Of a stretch of DNA of 64,000 nucleotides, positions 48,925-58,918 are shown one piece after another. The notes beneath the pieces were generated by a model. The model was given only the letters and a program-made list of their open reading frames with translations. It did no database searches and was not told the origin of the DNA. A program made the translations under genes and the position numbers. This DNA is from an uncultured virus (IMG/VR IMGVR_UViG_3300031227_000030). Lineage: Duplodnaviria > Heunggongvirae > Uroviricota > Caudoviricetes. The stretch's first letter is position 1, and every line of letters begins with the position of its first letter. The stretch lies in IMG/VR virus record IMGVR_UViG_3300031227_000030. One strand, written 5' to 3'.

Positions 48925-49285
48925 TTCTTTGTTGGAAATAAAGAGTCAAGCAATTTCTTATATAGATTCTGAGTGGAAGGGTTCAAACACCCTTAAGGTC
49001 TTAAAAAAATGGTGGTGTTTACAGTATAATCGGCCTTTTTTAGACCCTCTTTTTAATGAATATTCGTTGGAGGAATTAATCCTTGAATTTTTTATTGTAA
49101 CCTTGTCTGAAAGTCCAGAACAAATTAAACTTATTAAGGCGGAGATTTCTGGTCAAGCTATTAATGATGAAAAATGGTTAGATGAAATGGTATTAGAGAC
49201 AGAATCAAAAATAGGTGATAATATAGATATTAAAGAATTGCAGGAAGGAATTGAAGAAAGTTTTGAGGTAAATGATGGTAACTAG
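48839..49285 (+). CDS. Tail assembly chaperone second frame (T-like), probably reached by frameshift
   Basis: Overlaps the G ORF in the +1 frame; WWCLQYNRPFLDPLF..YSLEEL. Confidence 0.6.
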   Translation: MMKSQNLRNLLEKECLERKKRKKKKTSYDSLLEIKSQAISYIDSEWKGSNTLKVLKKWWCLQYNRPFLDPLFNEYSLEELILEFFIVTLSESPEQIKLIKAEISGQAINDEKWLDEMVLETESKIGDNIDIKELQEGIEESFEVNDGN

Positions 49286-51170
49286 TATAAGAATGAGGTT
49301 AGATTTAGCAGAGTTTGATAGAGACATTAGATCTGCTCAAGATAAAATTCAAGAACTTTCTCGTTATGGCTCTGAGCTTTCTAAAAGAAAAGTTTCTTCT
49401 CCTGAAGAGCTTTCTGCTAAAAGATATGAAAAAAAAGAGGTAACTAAGTCTATATCTTTAGAGCGTAAATTTGCAGATGAAATGGTTAGGTCTAGGAAAA
49501 CTATTGCGGAAGCAGATGATGAAGTTTTTGGAGAGAAAGCCTTATCAAAGTTAAGTAAGTTTCGACAAGGATTTGAATCTACTTTTGGCCCTTCAATAAT
49601 TTCTAAAATGTTTACTAAGCTTGGAATGGGTGGAGCAGGTGGTGGCTTTTCTGGTGTTGCTAGTTTAGGTGCTGCAGGAATTGGTGGGGCAATGGCTGGG
49701 GGAGTCCTTACTGCTGCAATGATCAGAGGGGCAATGGGAGTCTCTACTTTTGCTGGCCAGTCAGGATTGAGATTAAGAGCTAGAGGTTTGGGGGTTTCTC
49801 CTGATGAGTTTCAAAATGTAGGTCTTGGTTTAGGTTATGGACCTAGTGCTTCTCTTGAGCAAGCTTCTGCTTTGGCTATGGCAGGTGGAAACATCTCTCC
49901 TTCTTTATTGGAAAAAGCTCAAGGATTTGGGAGAACTTATGGGATGGATCCATCTGAATTGGGAGGTATTTTAGGAGTTGTGAGAAGAGGAGGAGCAACA
50001 GGTACAGAGCAAGAGAGAAGGTTTTCTGCTATTTTGTCTGATGCGATTGCTTCTAAGCTTGAAGATTCTCGTTTAGGTGAGTTTTTAGCCACAACTGCTT
50101 CTTCTGTTGAGTCGCTTCAAGAAAGAGGTGGAGTAATTGACTCTTCAAAATTTGCTCTTGCTCTTGCGGCTACAATGACATCTTCTGGAATTTTTTCAGA
50201 TCCTACTAGAGCCGCAAAATATATTGGGTCAATGGATGCAACAATTCGTTCTGGAGCAGGATTCCAGACAGGATTTTATAGACAGGCTTTTGGAAAATTG
50301 ATGCCTGGTTCTGGTCCGTTAGCTCAATACTTACAGATGACAGGTTCTGGTTTGTTTAAAACAGATATGTCTCAATATGAAGGAGTTCTTAGGCCAGACG
50401 AAATGTCTTATTATAAAAGTAGACAGGCTGGTTTAGGTTTTGGAGCGACCACTAAAGAGATTTCTAGTCGTTTTAACCAATTAACTGCTGGAAAATCTTT
50501 TGAAACCCAAGAATTAATTGCGAGACAGCTTACTAATCTTCCTGGAATGGAGGGTTTGGCTCTTTTTAGAAGACTTGAGACGGGACAAATTAGTTCTGAG
50601 GATTTTCTGAAGGCTGTTAAAGATGCTAGTATTTCTTCTGAAGAAAAATTAGCTGGAATAAGGTTTTCCACTGAAGGGACTTTTGAACAATTAAAAGCTT
50701 TAAATGAGTCTCAGTTGGTAACATCTGGTGGAGTTTTATTGGAAGCTTTGCTCCCTATTTCTTCAGCTTTACTTGGTTTAGAGAGAGGATTGATGAAGTC
50801 TCCTGGGTTAAGAATTCTTGGAAAAATTCTTGGTTTTTCAGGGAAAAATTCTGGTTCAGATATTTTAGGAGATACGGGAGAAACTTTAGGGTATTGGGCA
50901 GGTGGTGGAGGGGCAGAACAGTCTCTTTCTGCTTATATGAAATCTTTTGGTTCAGGAGGATATTCTTCAAAAGGTCTTAAAGAGGGAATGGGTGAATTTT
51001 CTAAAGTTCCAGCATCTATTACTATTGTTGGTTCTATAGAAAAGTTAATTAAGGCGTTAAACAATGTTTCTGAAAAAGTAGAGAAAAATATTGAGAAAAC
51101 TAAAGAAAATGAAGCAAAAGATAATAGAGCACTTACCCCGTTAGAACTTGGGGCATTGCCAGGGTTTTAA
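49272..51170 (+). CDS. Tape measure protein
   Basis: 632 aa, A/G/S-rich and helical, following the chaperone genes. Confidence 0.75.
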   Translation: MMVTSIRMRLDLAEFDRDIRSAQDKIQELSRYGSELSKRKVSSPEELSAKRYEKKEVTKSISLERKFADEMVRSRKTIAEADDEVFGEKALSKLSKFRQGFESTFGPSIISKMFTKLGMGGAGGGFSGVASLGAAGIGGAMAGGVLTAAMIRGAMGVSTFAGQSGLRLRARGLGVSPDEFQNVGLGLGYGPSASLEQASALAMAGGNISPSLLEKAQGFGRTYGMDPSELGGILGVVRRGGATGTEQERRFSAILSDAIASKLEDSRLGEFLATTASSVESLQERGGVIDSSKFALALAATMTSSGIFSDPTRAAKYIGSMDATIRSGAGFQTGFYRQAFGKLMPGSGPLAQYLQMTGSGLFKTDMSQYEGVLRPDEMSYYKSRQAGLGFGATTKEISSRFNQLTAGKSFETQELIARQLTNLPGMEGLALFRRLETGQISSEDFLKAVKDASISSEEKLAGIRFSTEGTFEQLKALNESQLVTSGGVLLEALLPISSALLGLERGLMKSPGLRILGKILGFSGKNSGSDILGDTGETLGYWAGGGGAEQSLSAYMKSFGSGGYSSKGLKEGMGEFSKVPASITIVGSIEKLIKALNNVSEKVEKNIEKTKENEAKDNRALTPLELGALPGF

Positions 51171-51173
51171 TTT

Positions 51174-53345
51174 ATGAAAGAAAAATCAATAGTATCGAGA
51201 TGTTCTTGCACAGTTTATCCTTTTGTTTATAGGAATATGACAAGAGAGGGGAATATTCCTGAAAAATTGATGACGATTCCTTCTCCAAATCAGTCTTCTT
51301 ACTTTGGTGGTGTAGATTTTATTGGGGGAGAAACTTCAGCAAATCCTATAACTGGGGAACGGTATTTTGAGGAAAGTATAAGTAGATACCATCCTTCTTT
51401 TTGTCATAAATATGATCTTGTAAGTCCTAGTTGTAGGACTCCAGAAGAAATAGCAGAATTAAATTCTAAAGAATCTCAGCAATATTTTGATGATCCAGAC
51501 ATAAGAATGATTCCAGATGAAACAAACCCTTTTTTATCTACTGGAGTTGTAGATCTTAAAGGAATTATTGGATTTAATTATTCTAAGAATTTAAAATCTC
51601 CTGCTGGAAAGTTTACTATAACAACTTTGGCGGATAAAGATTATCTTAGATTAATTGCTCCAGGAGATTGGTTAATTTTTAATTTTCATCAAAATAATAC
51701 ATCAGTTTTCCATCATAGAAGATTCATTGGGAATATAGATAGAGTCGCTAAAAATTTCCAAATAACGGATGATGGGAAGCAACAAGAAACTTTTACAATT
51801 TATGGTTCTGATTTTGGAAAAGTTTTTGAAACTTTTAAACTTTATATAAATCCATTTGATCCTACTGGTGTAGTCCAACAAGCAGTGTTAACTGAATTAG
51901 GGATGAATGCTTTGAGTGGTAGTGCAGCTCATTTGGTTGCTACGTTGTTGGCAATTCTTTATCGAAATCCAAGCCAAGGAACTTATTCGGGAATGAATTC
52001 TATAAATCAGTTTTTACTTCCTTCAGCTCTCACTAATGAATTGCTTAAGGGTGCTCAAAATGAGCCAGATCCTGCTTATAATCTTTTAGGTCAAGAGCCA
52101 GCTATTTTTCAACAAAATACAGGAATTCCTAATCTTCTTGATGGAGATAGAGTCTCTGATGTTTTAGTTTTGCAATTAGAAAAAGATATTCCTGGTTTAA
52201 AAACTAACTCTGGAGAGGGGCTTGTTGGTGAAGATGCAATTGTTACTGCTTGGGATTTGTTAAAAAGTAACTCAAATGCTCCAGTTATTAATGAATTATT
52301 TTTAGAAACAGACAACTATAGTGGAAGACCTATTTTATATTTAAGGCCTGTTCCTTTTTCTAGAAAAAAGTCCCCTTATATAGATAGAGTTTCAACTTCA
52401 GGGTTTAGAGATTTACTTTATAAATATGCTTTTAAGACTCTATCTGCAGTAAAAATTATTACAGCAGATATTCTAAAATCTGACTTAGGAGTTTCAGATG
52501 CTGAGAGGTTTAATTATTTTTTAGTTTCCTCTACTTTTGCGGATGGGCTAAGTAAGGCTTCAAAAGTCTTAGTCTCTACCAAAGAAGGATTTCCTTTATT
52601 TGACAAATACTCTATTGCAGCCCATGGTTTTAGAATTTTTAGACCACAAACCTTGTTCTACCCTTCAGGTGTTAAACTGACTAGCAGTTTAACCACTAGG
52701 ACTGTTTCTAATAGTCAAGATTCTAGTAATGCTGTGAAGCGAAATGCAGTTATTCAAAATTCTCAAAACTATTTTAAACAGGCAGATGCTAAGATAGCTG
52801 AACTTCAAGCACAATTGGATTCTGGGGTTTTTCCTCAAGGAAGGACTCGTGAAAGTACTAAAATAAATATGCAAACTTTGATAGACAATAAGAATAGTCT
52901 TATTGAGAAATCTAGAGAAGGTGATGATAGTGATTCAACTCCTCCATTCAATACAGAGGTTGGAGACTATTCAAGTCCTTGGAGTCAAATAAATAAAATT
53001 ATTAAGTCTGGAGAATGCCTTGAAGATCTAATTTTTGATTGGAATCTTCTTTGTTATGAGAATAATGTAAATAATCCATTTTTTGAGAATGGAACGATAA
53101 CAATTGTTGGAAATCCTCATGTTAGGGTTGGGAAAAGGTTAATAATTAATTCTGAGTCAGAAAATGAAAAACAATACTATATTGAAGGATATGAGGATAG
53201 TTGGTCTTACCCTGGAGAAATTTGGATACAAACTTTAACAGTTACTCGTGGTCAAGATGCTAACGAGAGGCCTTTGCATATTTCTCAGAGAAGAGGGAAT
53301 ATTTTTAATGTTTCTAAAACTGTTTTTAAAGGAATAAGAAGATGA
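51174..53345 (+). CDS. Baseplate hub (gp27-like) protein
   Basis: GKFTIT..IAPGDWL, FTIYGSDFGK, NELF, NGTITIVGNPHVRVGKRL..YYIEG..TLTVTRG. Confidence 0.72.
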   Translation: MKEKSIVSRCSCTVYPFVYRNMTREGNIPEKLMTIPSPNQSSYFGGVDFIGGETSANPITGERYFEESISRYHPSFCHKYDLVSPSCRTPEEIAELNSKESQQYFDDPDIRMIPDETNPFLSTGVVDLKGIIGFNYSKNLKSPAGKFTITTLADKDYLRLIAPGDWLIFNFHQNNTSVFHHRRFIGNIDRVAKNFQITDDGKQQETFTIYGSDFGKVFETFKLYINPFDPTGVVQQAVLTELGMNALSGSAAHLVATLLAILYRNPSQGTYSGMNSINQFLLPSALTNELLKGAQNEPDPAYNLLGQEPAIFQQNTGIPNLLDGDRVSDVLVLQLEKDIPGLKTNSGEGLVGEDAIVTAWDLLKSNSNAPVINELFLETDNYSGRPILYLRPVPFSRKKSPYIDRVSTSGFRDLLYKYAFKTLSAVKIITADILKSDLGVSDAERFNYFLVSSTFADGLSKASKVLVSTKEGFPLFDKYSIAAHGFRIFRPQTLFYPSGVKLTSSLTTRTVSNSQDSSNAVKRNAVIQNSQNYFKQADAKIAELQAQLDSGVFPQGRTRESTKINMQTLIDNKNSLIEKSREGDDSDSTPPFNTEVGDYSSPWSQINKIIKSGECLEDLIFDWNLLCYENNVNNPFFENGTITIVGNPHVRVGKRLIINSESENEKQYYIEGYEDSWSYPGEIWIQTLTVTRGQDANERPLHISQRRGNIFNVSKTVFKGIRR

Positions 53346-54313
53346 GATTATGGCATGGCGGAATCGTAAATAGTTCAATTCCAATTTCTTCTAAGACAAA
53401 TCTTGGAAAAAATGTCGGAGGGACAACTTCTATTTGTTTAGCTCAGATAAGGGAGGTAGTTTATTCTGATGATGACAATAATATTTTAGGAGAGTCTGGA
53501 AATAAACAAGTTATGTATAATTGTGAAGTTATCGGTGGTCCAGATGCAGGTAGACTTTTTTATAGTTGCGTTATGGCTAGGCCATATGCTGGTAGCACTA
53601 ATTTCCAAGAAACTGTCTTAACTCCGAATACTGATAAAGAAAATCAGCAAAATTCTAAGGGGGCAAGAAAGCTTCCATCTCAAAATAGTGGAGATTTGGT
53701 TATTGTCGCGAGATTGTTTGGATATTCTAATTTTCCTGTGATTATTGGTTCTCTTCCAAGTTATAAAGTCCCTACTGCTGCAAAGAAATCAGATGGGGTG
53801 AGGCAGTTTTCAGTAACTAATGGGATTGTTGAAAAAGTTACAGCTCAAGGTAATAAAATTATTAGGACTGCAGGGAGTGCTGTTGATAGTGTTAAGGGGG
53901 TAATGGATATTTCTTTCAAAGTTCCTTCTTTATCTGAAGTAGTAGCTCAGTTAAGGGAAGAAGCTGAAGAGATGTTAGGTTGTACTGGTTTCTCTCTTAC
54001 TCCTGGTGGTGCTATAAGTCTTTCTAATAAAATAGGGAATAAAATAGGTATTGACCGAATGGGTCAACTTGGATTAAAATCTCCTTTGGGTGGCATTAAG
54101 ATGTTGACTGGTGGCATTACAAAGATGCAAAGTACAGTTACAGATATTAAGTCAACAGCTGCTATGAATATAAAATCTACCTTAACTTCTATTGGTCAAG
54201 GAGGAGTCCCAGCTGCAAGAATAAGTGATATGTCTTTGGGAACAGATTCAAATGGGATGCCTGTAGTCAGTAGAGTAATGTCAGGAAGTTTTATTAGCTT
54301 GGTGGGAAGCTGA
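53342..54313 (+). CDS. Baseplate central spike (gp5/gpV-like)
   Basis: N-terminal OB-fold pattern (GDLVIV..PVIIG), beta repeats, and C-terminal PAARISD...SGS..VG. Confidence 0.7.
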   Translation: MRLWHGGIVNSSIPISSKTNLGKNVGGTTSICLAQIREVVYSDDDNNILGESGNKQVMYNCEVIGGPDAGRLFYSCVMARPYAGSTNFQETVLTPNTDKENQQNSKGARKLPSQNSGDLVIVARLFGYSNFPVIIGSLPSYKVPTAAKKSDGVRQFSVTNGIVEKVTAQGNKIIRTAGSAVDSVKGVMDISFKVPSLSEVVAQLREEAEEMLGCTGFSLTPGGAISLSNKIGNKIGIDRMGQLGLKSPLGGIKMLTGGITKMQSTVTDIKSTAAMNIKSTLTSIGQGGVPAARISDMSLGTDSNGMPVVSRVMSGSFISLVGS

Positions 54314-54321
54314 CCTAACAT

Positions 54322-55086
54322 ATGAAAAACATTGAAAAAATTAAAAATTATAAAAAAGAGTGGTATAAAAAGAATAAAGATCGGATTAGTTTATTTATAA
54401 AAGAAGACCGAAAAAAAAATCCAGAAAAGTATAAAAAATATAAAAAACAAGAATATTTAAAAAATAAAAAAGAGATTTTATGTAGAAATAAAGAATATCG
54501 CTTAAGTCATAAAGAGAAGATAAAGGAGTATTCTCAGGAATATCGTCTAAAAAAGTTAGATATCTTAAGGAAGCAGCAAAAAAAATGGAGATTAGAGAAT
54601 AGGGAAGAGTTAAAGAGTAAAAAAAAGAAATATTATTTAGATAATAGGGAAAACCTTTTAAAAGGAGGCAAGAGGTATAAACTTAAAAATAAAGAATGGA
54701 ATAAAGAGTATAATGAAAATTATAGAAAGAAAAACAAAGATTCTTTAAATAAAAAAAGAAAAGATAGAGAGAAATTTGACCTTTTTTTTAAAATTTCTTG
54801 TCAATTAAGAAAAAGATTTTGGATGGCTTTAAAAAAAGGCTACAAGTCTGGTTCTGCAGTAAGAGATTTAGGTTGTTCTATAGAAGAGTTTAAAAAATAT
54901 ATAGAGCTTAAGTTTCAAGAAGGAACGAGTTGGGAGAATTGGGGATATAGAGGATGGCATCTAGATCATATAATTCCTTTAGCCAATTTTAACCTTTCTA
55001 ATAGAAATGAGCTTTTGAAGGCGGTAAATTATACAAATCTTCAGCCCCTATGGGCTATAGATAATTTAAGAAAAAATAAATATTGA
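54322..55086 (+). CDS. Free-standing HNH homing endonuclease
   Basis: Lys-rich helical N-terminus, then LGCSIEEFKKYIE.KF..G.SWENWG..WHLDHIIPL...YTNLQPLWA.DN..K. Confidence 0.85.
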   Translation: MKNIEKIKNYKKEWYKKNKDRISLFIKEDRKKNPEKYKKYKKQEYLKNKKEILCRNKEYRLSHKEKIKEYSQEYRLKKLDILRKQQKKWRLENREELKSKKKKYYLDNRENLLKGGKRYKLKNKEWNKEYNENYRKKNKDSLNKKRKDREKFDLFFKISCQLRKRFWMALKKGYKSGSAVRDLGCSIEEFKKYIELKFQEGTSWENWGYRGWHLDHIIPLANFNLSNRNELLKAVNYTNLQPLWAIDNLRKNKY

Positions 55087-55098
55087 GGGAGTTAGAAT

Positions 55099-56928
55099 AT
55101 GGCGATATTAGACGTTACAGCTAGAAAAACAATAAGCCGTAGACTTTGTAAATTACCTACTGAAAAGGGCATTTTTACAACTACCAGTTCTAATTTAAAT
55201 GATACCCTTCAGGCTTATTCTGAAGTTGACTCTTCAAATGATTTGTTTTTAGTAGATTGGGTTGGAAGTTCAGATGCTTATTTGGGAGAAAGAAGGTCTT
55301 TGGCAGGATTAGAATTTGAAACTTTTACAGTTCTTGAGGCAGAAAATGAGTATGTTGTCCCTTTGACTGGAGGAGGAAATAGCAAATTTTTTCCATTTAA
55401 TTCTGGACTGGTTCCTGCTCTTTCAAATAATTATTTCCTTAATCCTCAAATAAATAGATACACTGATGGGTTATCTTCTGGAGCTTTTTCTCCATATGAA
55501 GAGCGAATAGCTTTAGACTATCAACAGATGTTGATTATTTTAATTAATGGGGTAACTGGTGGAATTAATACAGCATTGTCTGCTCCCTTTAACTCTGGAG
55601 ACATAGTTTTAAATGTAGTTGATGGATCTGGGACATCTGATGGTACTTGTGTTATTGTCTCTGGGAATGATGGAGGTGGAATTCCTGTTAATTCTCAGTA
55701 CCTTTTTTATATAGAGTCTGGTGGAGGTACGAATACTCTAACTGGGCACATTGTCTGTGGGGGAACTTCTACCATTATTGTTGTTGGATCAACTATTGCA
55801 GTTGGTGGAGGAGTCATTTGGGCAGATCATCCTGATAGAGATGACTTGGCGGCTTCATTGACTTTTCCTAATGTTGCTCAAGGAATTTCCTCCTATGGGG
55901 TTATCTCTTGGGGAATTTGCCTAACTGATGAATTAGTAGATTTAGGATTAAATATTGACACAAGAATTACCCAACAAGCTTTAATAACTGCTGCTATTGC
56001 TGTAAATATTCCAGCTATTCAGGCAGGGATAACTGCATGGACAGCTTTCCCTCTTTCTGATGTAGGTGGAAATAGTCGATTTAACGATGTTGCTCTCTTG
56101 CCATTTCAAATTGAAGTTGACGATAGAGTTATTCAAATTGCAGGAAGGCTTGGGGAAATTGTTACAGCTGTTGGATCTGTTACAGATGGAGGAGATGGGA
56201 CATATATAACAGTAGATGGAGCTTTTGCTTTTCGGTATCAGTGGTTAGATAGACGGATCAATAAAGGTTATGGATCTTTGGCTTCTCAAGATGGAGCTGA
56301 TAAAACAAAAAAGATAATAGATCAGCAAAATTTAAATGCCCAAAGCATGGAACAAAACTATAAGGACGCAATGGTTGCCACTCTTTTTGTAGAGAATCCA
56401 GAGGATTTCTTTTCAGATATGGAAGGTTTTTCTAGTGCTTTAGTGGCTTCTCAAGATTTAAGAGTTATTACTGTCATCTCTATTCCTTCAGCTCAAACAT
56501 TGTATCCAAATGTTGTAACAGAAGTTCCTGCGATTTCTGCATCACTACTTCAAGCTGTTTCTGGGGCAACTGCTATAATAAGTAAAATCAATATCAATAA
56601 TAATAATATCGTTTCTTTTTATGTCTCGGATATTGTTGGTACATTTGATTCTACTAACTTGGTTACTGGAGTAAACTTAGACCAAACAACTTTTTCTTTT
56701 GTTCCAGCTAATACTTTCCCTTCTCTTTATCAATTTGAGAGAGGAGACGATGTCTTTGTTATTGATGATAGTCTGGGGAATGCAGAACTTCCTTCTGTAG
56801 GGACTCCTGGGAGAATTTTACATTTAGATTTTGATAATAATCAAATTTATTTAGATTTTGAAGTTCCTGCGACATATACTCCTGAGAATTTAGTAAGAAT
56901 TTATAAATGCTTAATTGCATATGTTTGA
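55099..56928 (+). CDS. Putative baseplate/tail structural protein
   Basis: 609 aa, G/V/I-rich, within the baseplate cluster. Confidence 0.5.
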   Translation: MAILDVTARKTISRRLCKLPTEKGIFTTTSSNLNDTLQAYSEVDSSNDLFLVDWVGSSDAYLGERRSLAGLEFETFTVLEAENEYVVPLTGGGNSKFFPFNSGLVPALSNNYFLNPQINRYTDGLSSGAFSPYEERIALDYQQMLIILINGVTGGINTALSAPFNSGDIVLNVVDGSGTSDGTCVIVSGNDGGGIPVNSQYLFYIESGGGTNTLTGHIVCGGTSTIIVVGSTIAVGGGVIWADHPDRDDLAASLTFPNVAQGISSYGVISWGICLTDELVDLGLNIDTRITQQALITAAIAVNIPAIQAGITAWTAFPLSDVGGNSRFNDVALLPFQIEVDDRVIQIAGRLGEIVTAVGSVTDGGDGTYITVDGAFAFRYQWLDRRINKGYGSLASQDGADKTKKIIDQQNLNAQSMEQNYKDAMVATLFVENPEDFFSDMEGFSSALVASQDLRVITVISIPSAQTLYPNVVTEVPAISASLLQAVSGATAIISKININNNNIVSFYVSDIVGTFDSTNLVTGVNLDQTTFSFVPANTFPSLYQFERGDDVFVIDDSLGNAELPSVGTPGRILHLDFDNNQIYLDFEVPATYTPENLVRIYKCLIAYV

Positions 56929-56974
56929 CGCTTATAAGGTAAGCAATAAAAATAGTAACTTTATTTCAATAAGA

Positions 56975-56984
56975 TGATAAAATA
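56975..56984 (+). promoter_or_regulatory. Extended -10 promoter TGATAAAATA; probably gives a leaderless transcript
   Basis: TAAAAT ends 6 nt before the ATG at 56990; no SD. Confidence 0.45.
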
Positions 56985-56989
56985 ACTCT

Positions 56990-58915
56990 ATGACAGATTC
57001 TAAATTTCCATATCCAAATCTAGCAAAAACTTCAGGGAAAGAGTCTCTTGGAGCTTTAGGAAGAGTTGCAGGAAATTTTCAAGATTTTTTTAAAAACTTA
57101 AGTTTTTCTAGAATTTTTGGAAAGAATGTTAAATCTTATCCTGTAAATGATGTCATTTCTCCTGCTGTTTGGGATATTGTTGAATCAAATTGGAACAAAG
57201 ATTTAGGCTATGCCTTTAGGGTAGAAGAAGAAAGCAAAAATAATGGAGGAATCCAATCTACTTTTAATGATTTAGTTGGTTCTCAGTTTTTTGGCCAATC
57301 TGGATTTCAAGAGTTTATCCTTCAAGTTAATCCTTCAGATTTAACACAGGATGAAGAATTTGCCGTTGTTATCAGACCAACACAAACTGGGGTTGTGACA
57401 GAACATAAGGGTTTTATTTTTAAAGATTTAATTATTTCTGGAACTACAGCTGTTCATCCTTTAAGAGGTGAAGCAGGGATTCAAGATAATGGGACTTTGA
57501 TGGGAAGTTCTGGAAGGTCTGGTTTTTTGGAATTCTTAGAGCTTAGAAATTATTTTAGAGCTTATGCTCAATATAAAACTGATCAAGGACATTCTAATGC
57601 TAGAATGATTTTTGAAAATTTTAAAGACAATGAGTCATGGTATATCGAGCCTTTAAAATTTTCTATGAAAAGAAATTCTTCTAGAGCAACTTTGTATGAT
57701 TATAATATTGTTTTAAAAATTATTGGAAAAGCTAAATTTGGTTCTGGGAGTAGTTCAAATTCTGTTTTAGATTTTCTTGATGAAGTTGACAATGTTTTAA
57801 ATGTTGCAAATGAAGCTATTACTGGATTTACTGGTATGGTAAATAGATTCTCTAGTTTATTAAAGCAATCAGAAAGAGCTTTAGAAGAAACTATCCTAGG
57901 GCCTATAAACAGAATCTCTACAGCTATTTATTCTTTGCAGAATTTAAAGACTACTGTTTTAAATATTCCAAGACAATTTATTCAAGCGACTTTGTTTTCA
58001 GTTTATAGACTAAGAGATAACACTTTAGATTTGTTTGGAGAAAATGATCCTTACTATGACTCTTATGTTGGAAGAGATCAGACTGTTGATCCTAAGTTTG
58101 AGAACCAAACAACTATTTTTACTAAGACTCAAATTATGGAGCATTTTAATAACCTTGAAGGTGCGTTTAATCAGTTGATTTCTAGTAATTTGCCATTTTC
58201 TAAAACAACATCTCAAATTAATAGCCAAATTTATAGACAAGGTTTTGGTAACCAACTTTCATTTCCAGATCCTTCTTCCGTTAAAGAGTTAACAATAAAA
58301 GGTGGAGATACTTTAGAGTCAATTTCTGCAAAAGTGTTAGGAGATCCAGATAGGTGGGTAGAGTTAGTTACTTTAAACAATCTTATCCCCCCATATCTTT
58401 CTGACACTCCTTCTTCGGATCCTAGGATTAAATCTGTTAGTGATAAAATTTTAATTCCTTTGTTTGACTCAAATAGTCCAGTAAGAACTAACTTTAATTC
58501 TAAGAATTTTAATTTTACAAGAAACTTGTCAGAACTTGATAAGTTTCTAGGAATAGATCTAAGGCTTAATTTAGATTCTCATGATTTAATGATAACAAAT
58601 TCTAATGATTATTCTTTAGTTTCTGGTTCTGAAAATGCCGCTCAAGCTTTATTCATAAAATTAGGTTTAGAAAAAGGAAGTCTTAAAAGATATCCTGAGA
58701 TAGGCCTTGGTCTTCAAGTGGGAACTAAATCTAGAACTAGAATGGCAGCTTCTTTTAGGACTGAAATAGCTAGGTCTGTTTTGACAGATCCAAGATTTGT
58801 AGATATAAAAGACGTTTATTTTGAAATGATTGGAGGACAAGTTAAGTTCAATTTAACTCCTGTAATTGCTGATATGAATTTATCTGTTCCTCTAAAACTT
58901 AGTGTGGAGAATTAG
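56990..58915 (+). CDS. Baseplate protein: tube-initiator-like + LysM + gp25-like wedge domain
   Basis: LysM IKGGDTLESISAKVLGDPDRWVELVTLNNL; C-terminal SGSENAAQAL..KGSL.RYPEIG...DPRF. Confidence 0.75.
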   Translation: MTDSKFPYPNLAKTSGKESLGALGRVAGNFQDFFKNLSFSRIFGKNVKSYPVNDVISPAVWDIVESNWNKDLGYAFRVEEESKNNGGIQSTFNDLVGSQFFGQSGFQEFILQVNPSDLTQDEEFAVVIRPTQTGVVTEHKGFIFKDLIISGTTAVHPLRGEAGIQDNGTLMGSSGRSGFLEFLELRNYFRAYAQYKTDQGHSNARMIFENFKDNESWYIEPLKFSMKRNSSRATLYDYNIVLKIIGKAKFGSGSSSNSVLDFLDEVDNVLNVANEAITGFTGMVNRFSSLLKQSERALEETILGPINRISTAIYSLQNLKTTVLNIPRQFIQATLFSVYRLRDNTLDLFGENDPYYDSYVGRDQTVDPKFENQTTIFTKTQIMEHFNNLEGAFNQLISSNLPFSKTTSQINSQIYRQGFGNQLSFPDPSSVKELTIKGGDTLESISAKVLGDPDRWVELVTLNNLIPPYLSDTPSSDPRIKSVSDKILIPLFDSNSPVRTNFNSKNFNFTRNLSELDKFLGIDLRLNLDSHDLMITNSNDYSLVSGSENAAQALFIKLGLEKGSLKRYPEIGLGLQVGTKSRTRMAASFRTEIARSVLTDPRFVDIKDVYFEMIGGQVKFNLTPVIADMNLSVPLKLSVEN

Positions 58916-58918
58916 CTT

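Noticed and set aside
54322..55086. Group I intron around the HNH gene
   Set aside because: Flanks are too short for a ribozyme core and both neighbouring genes look complete.
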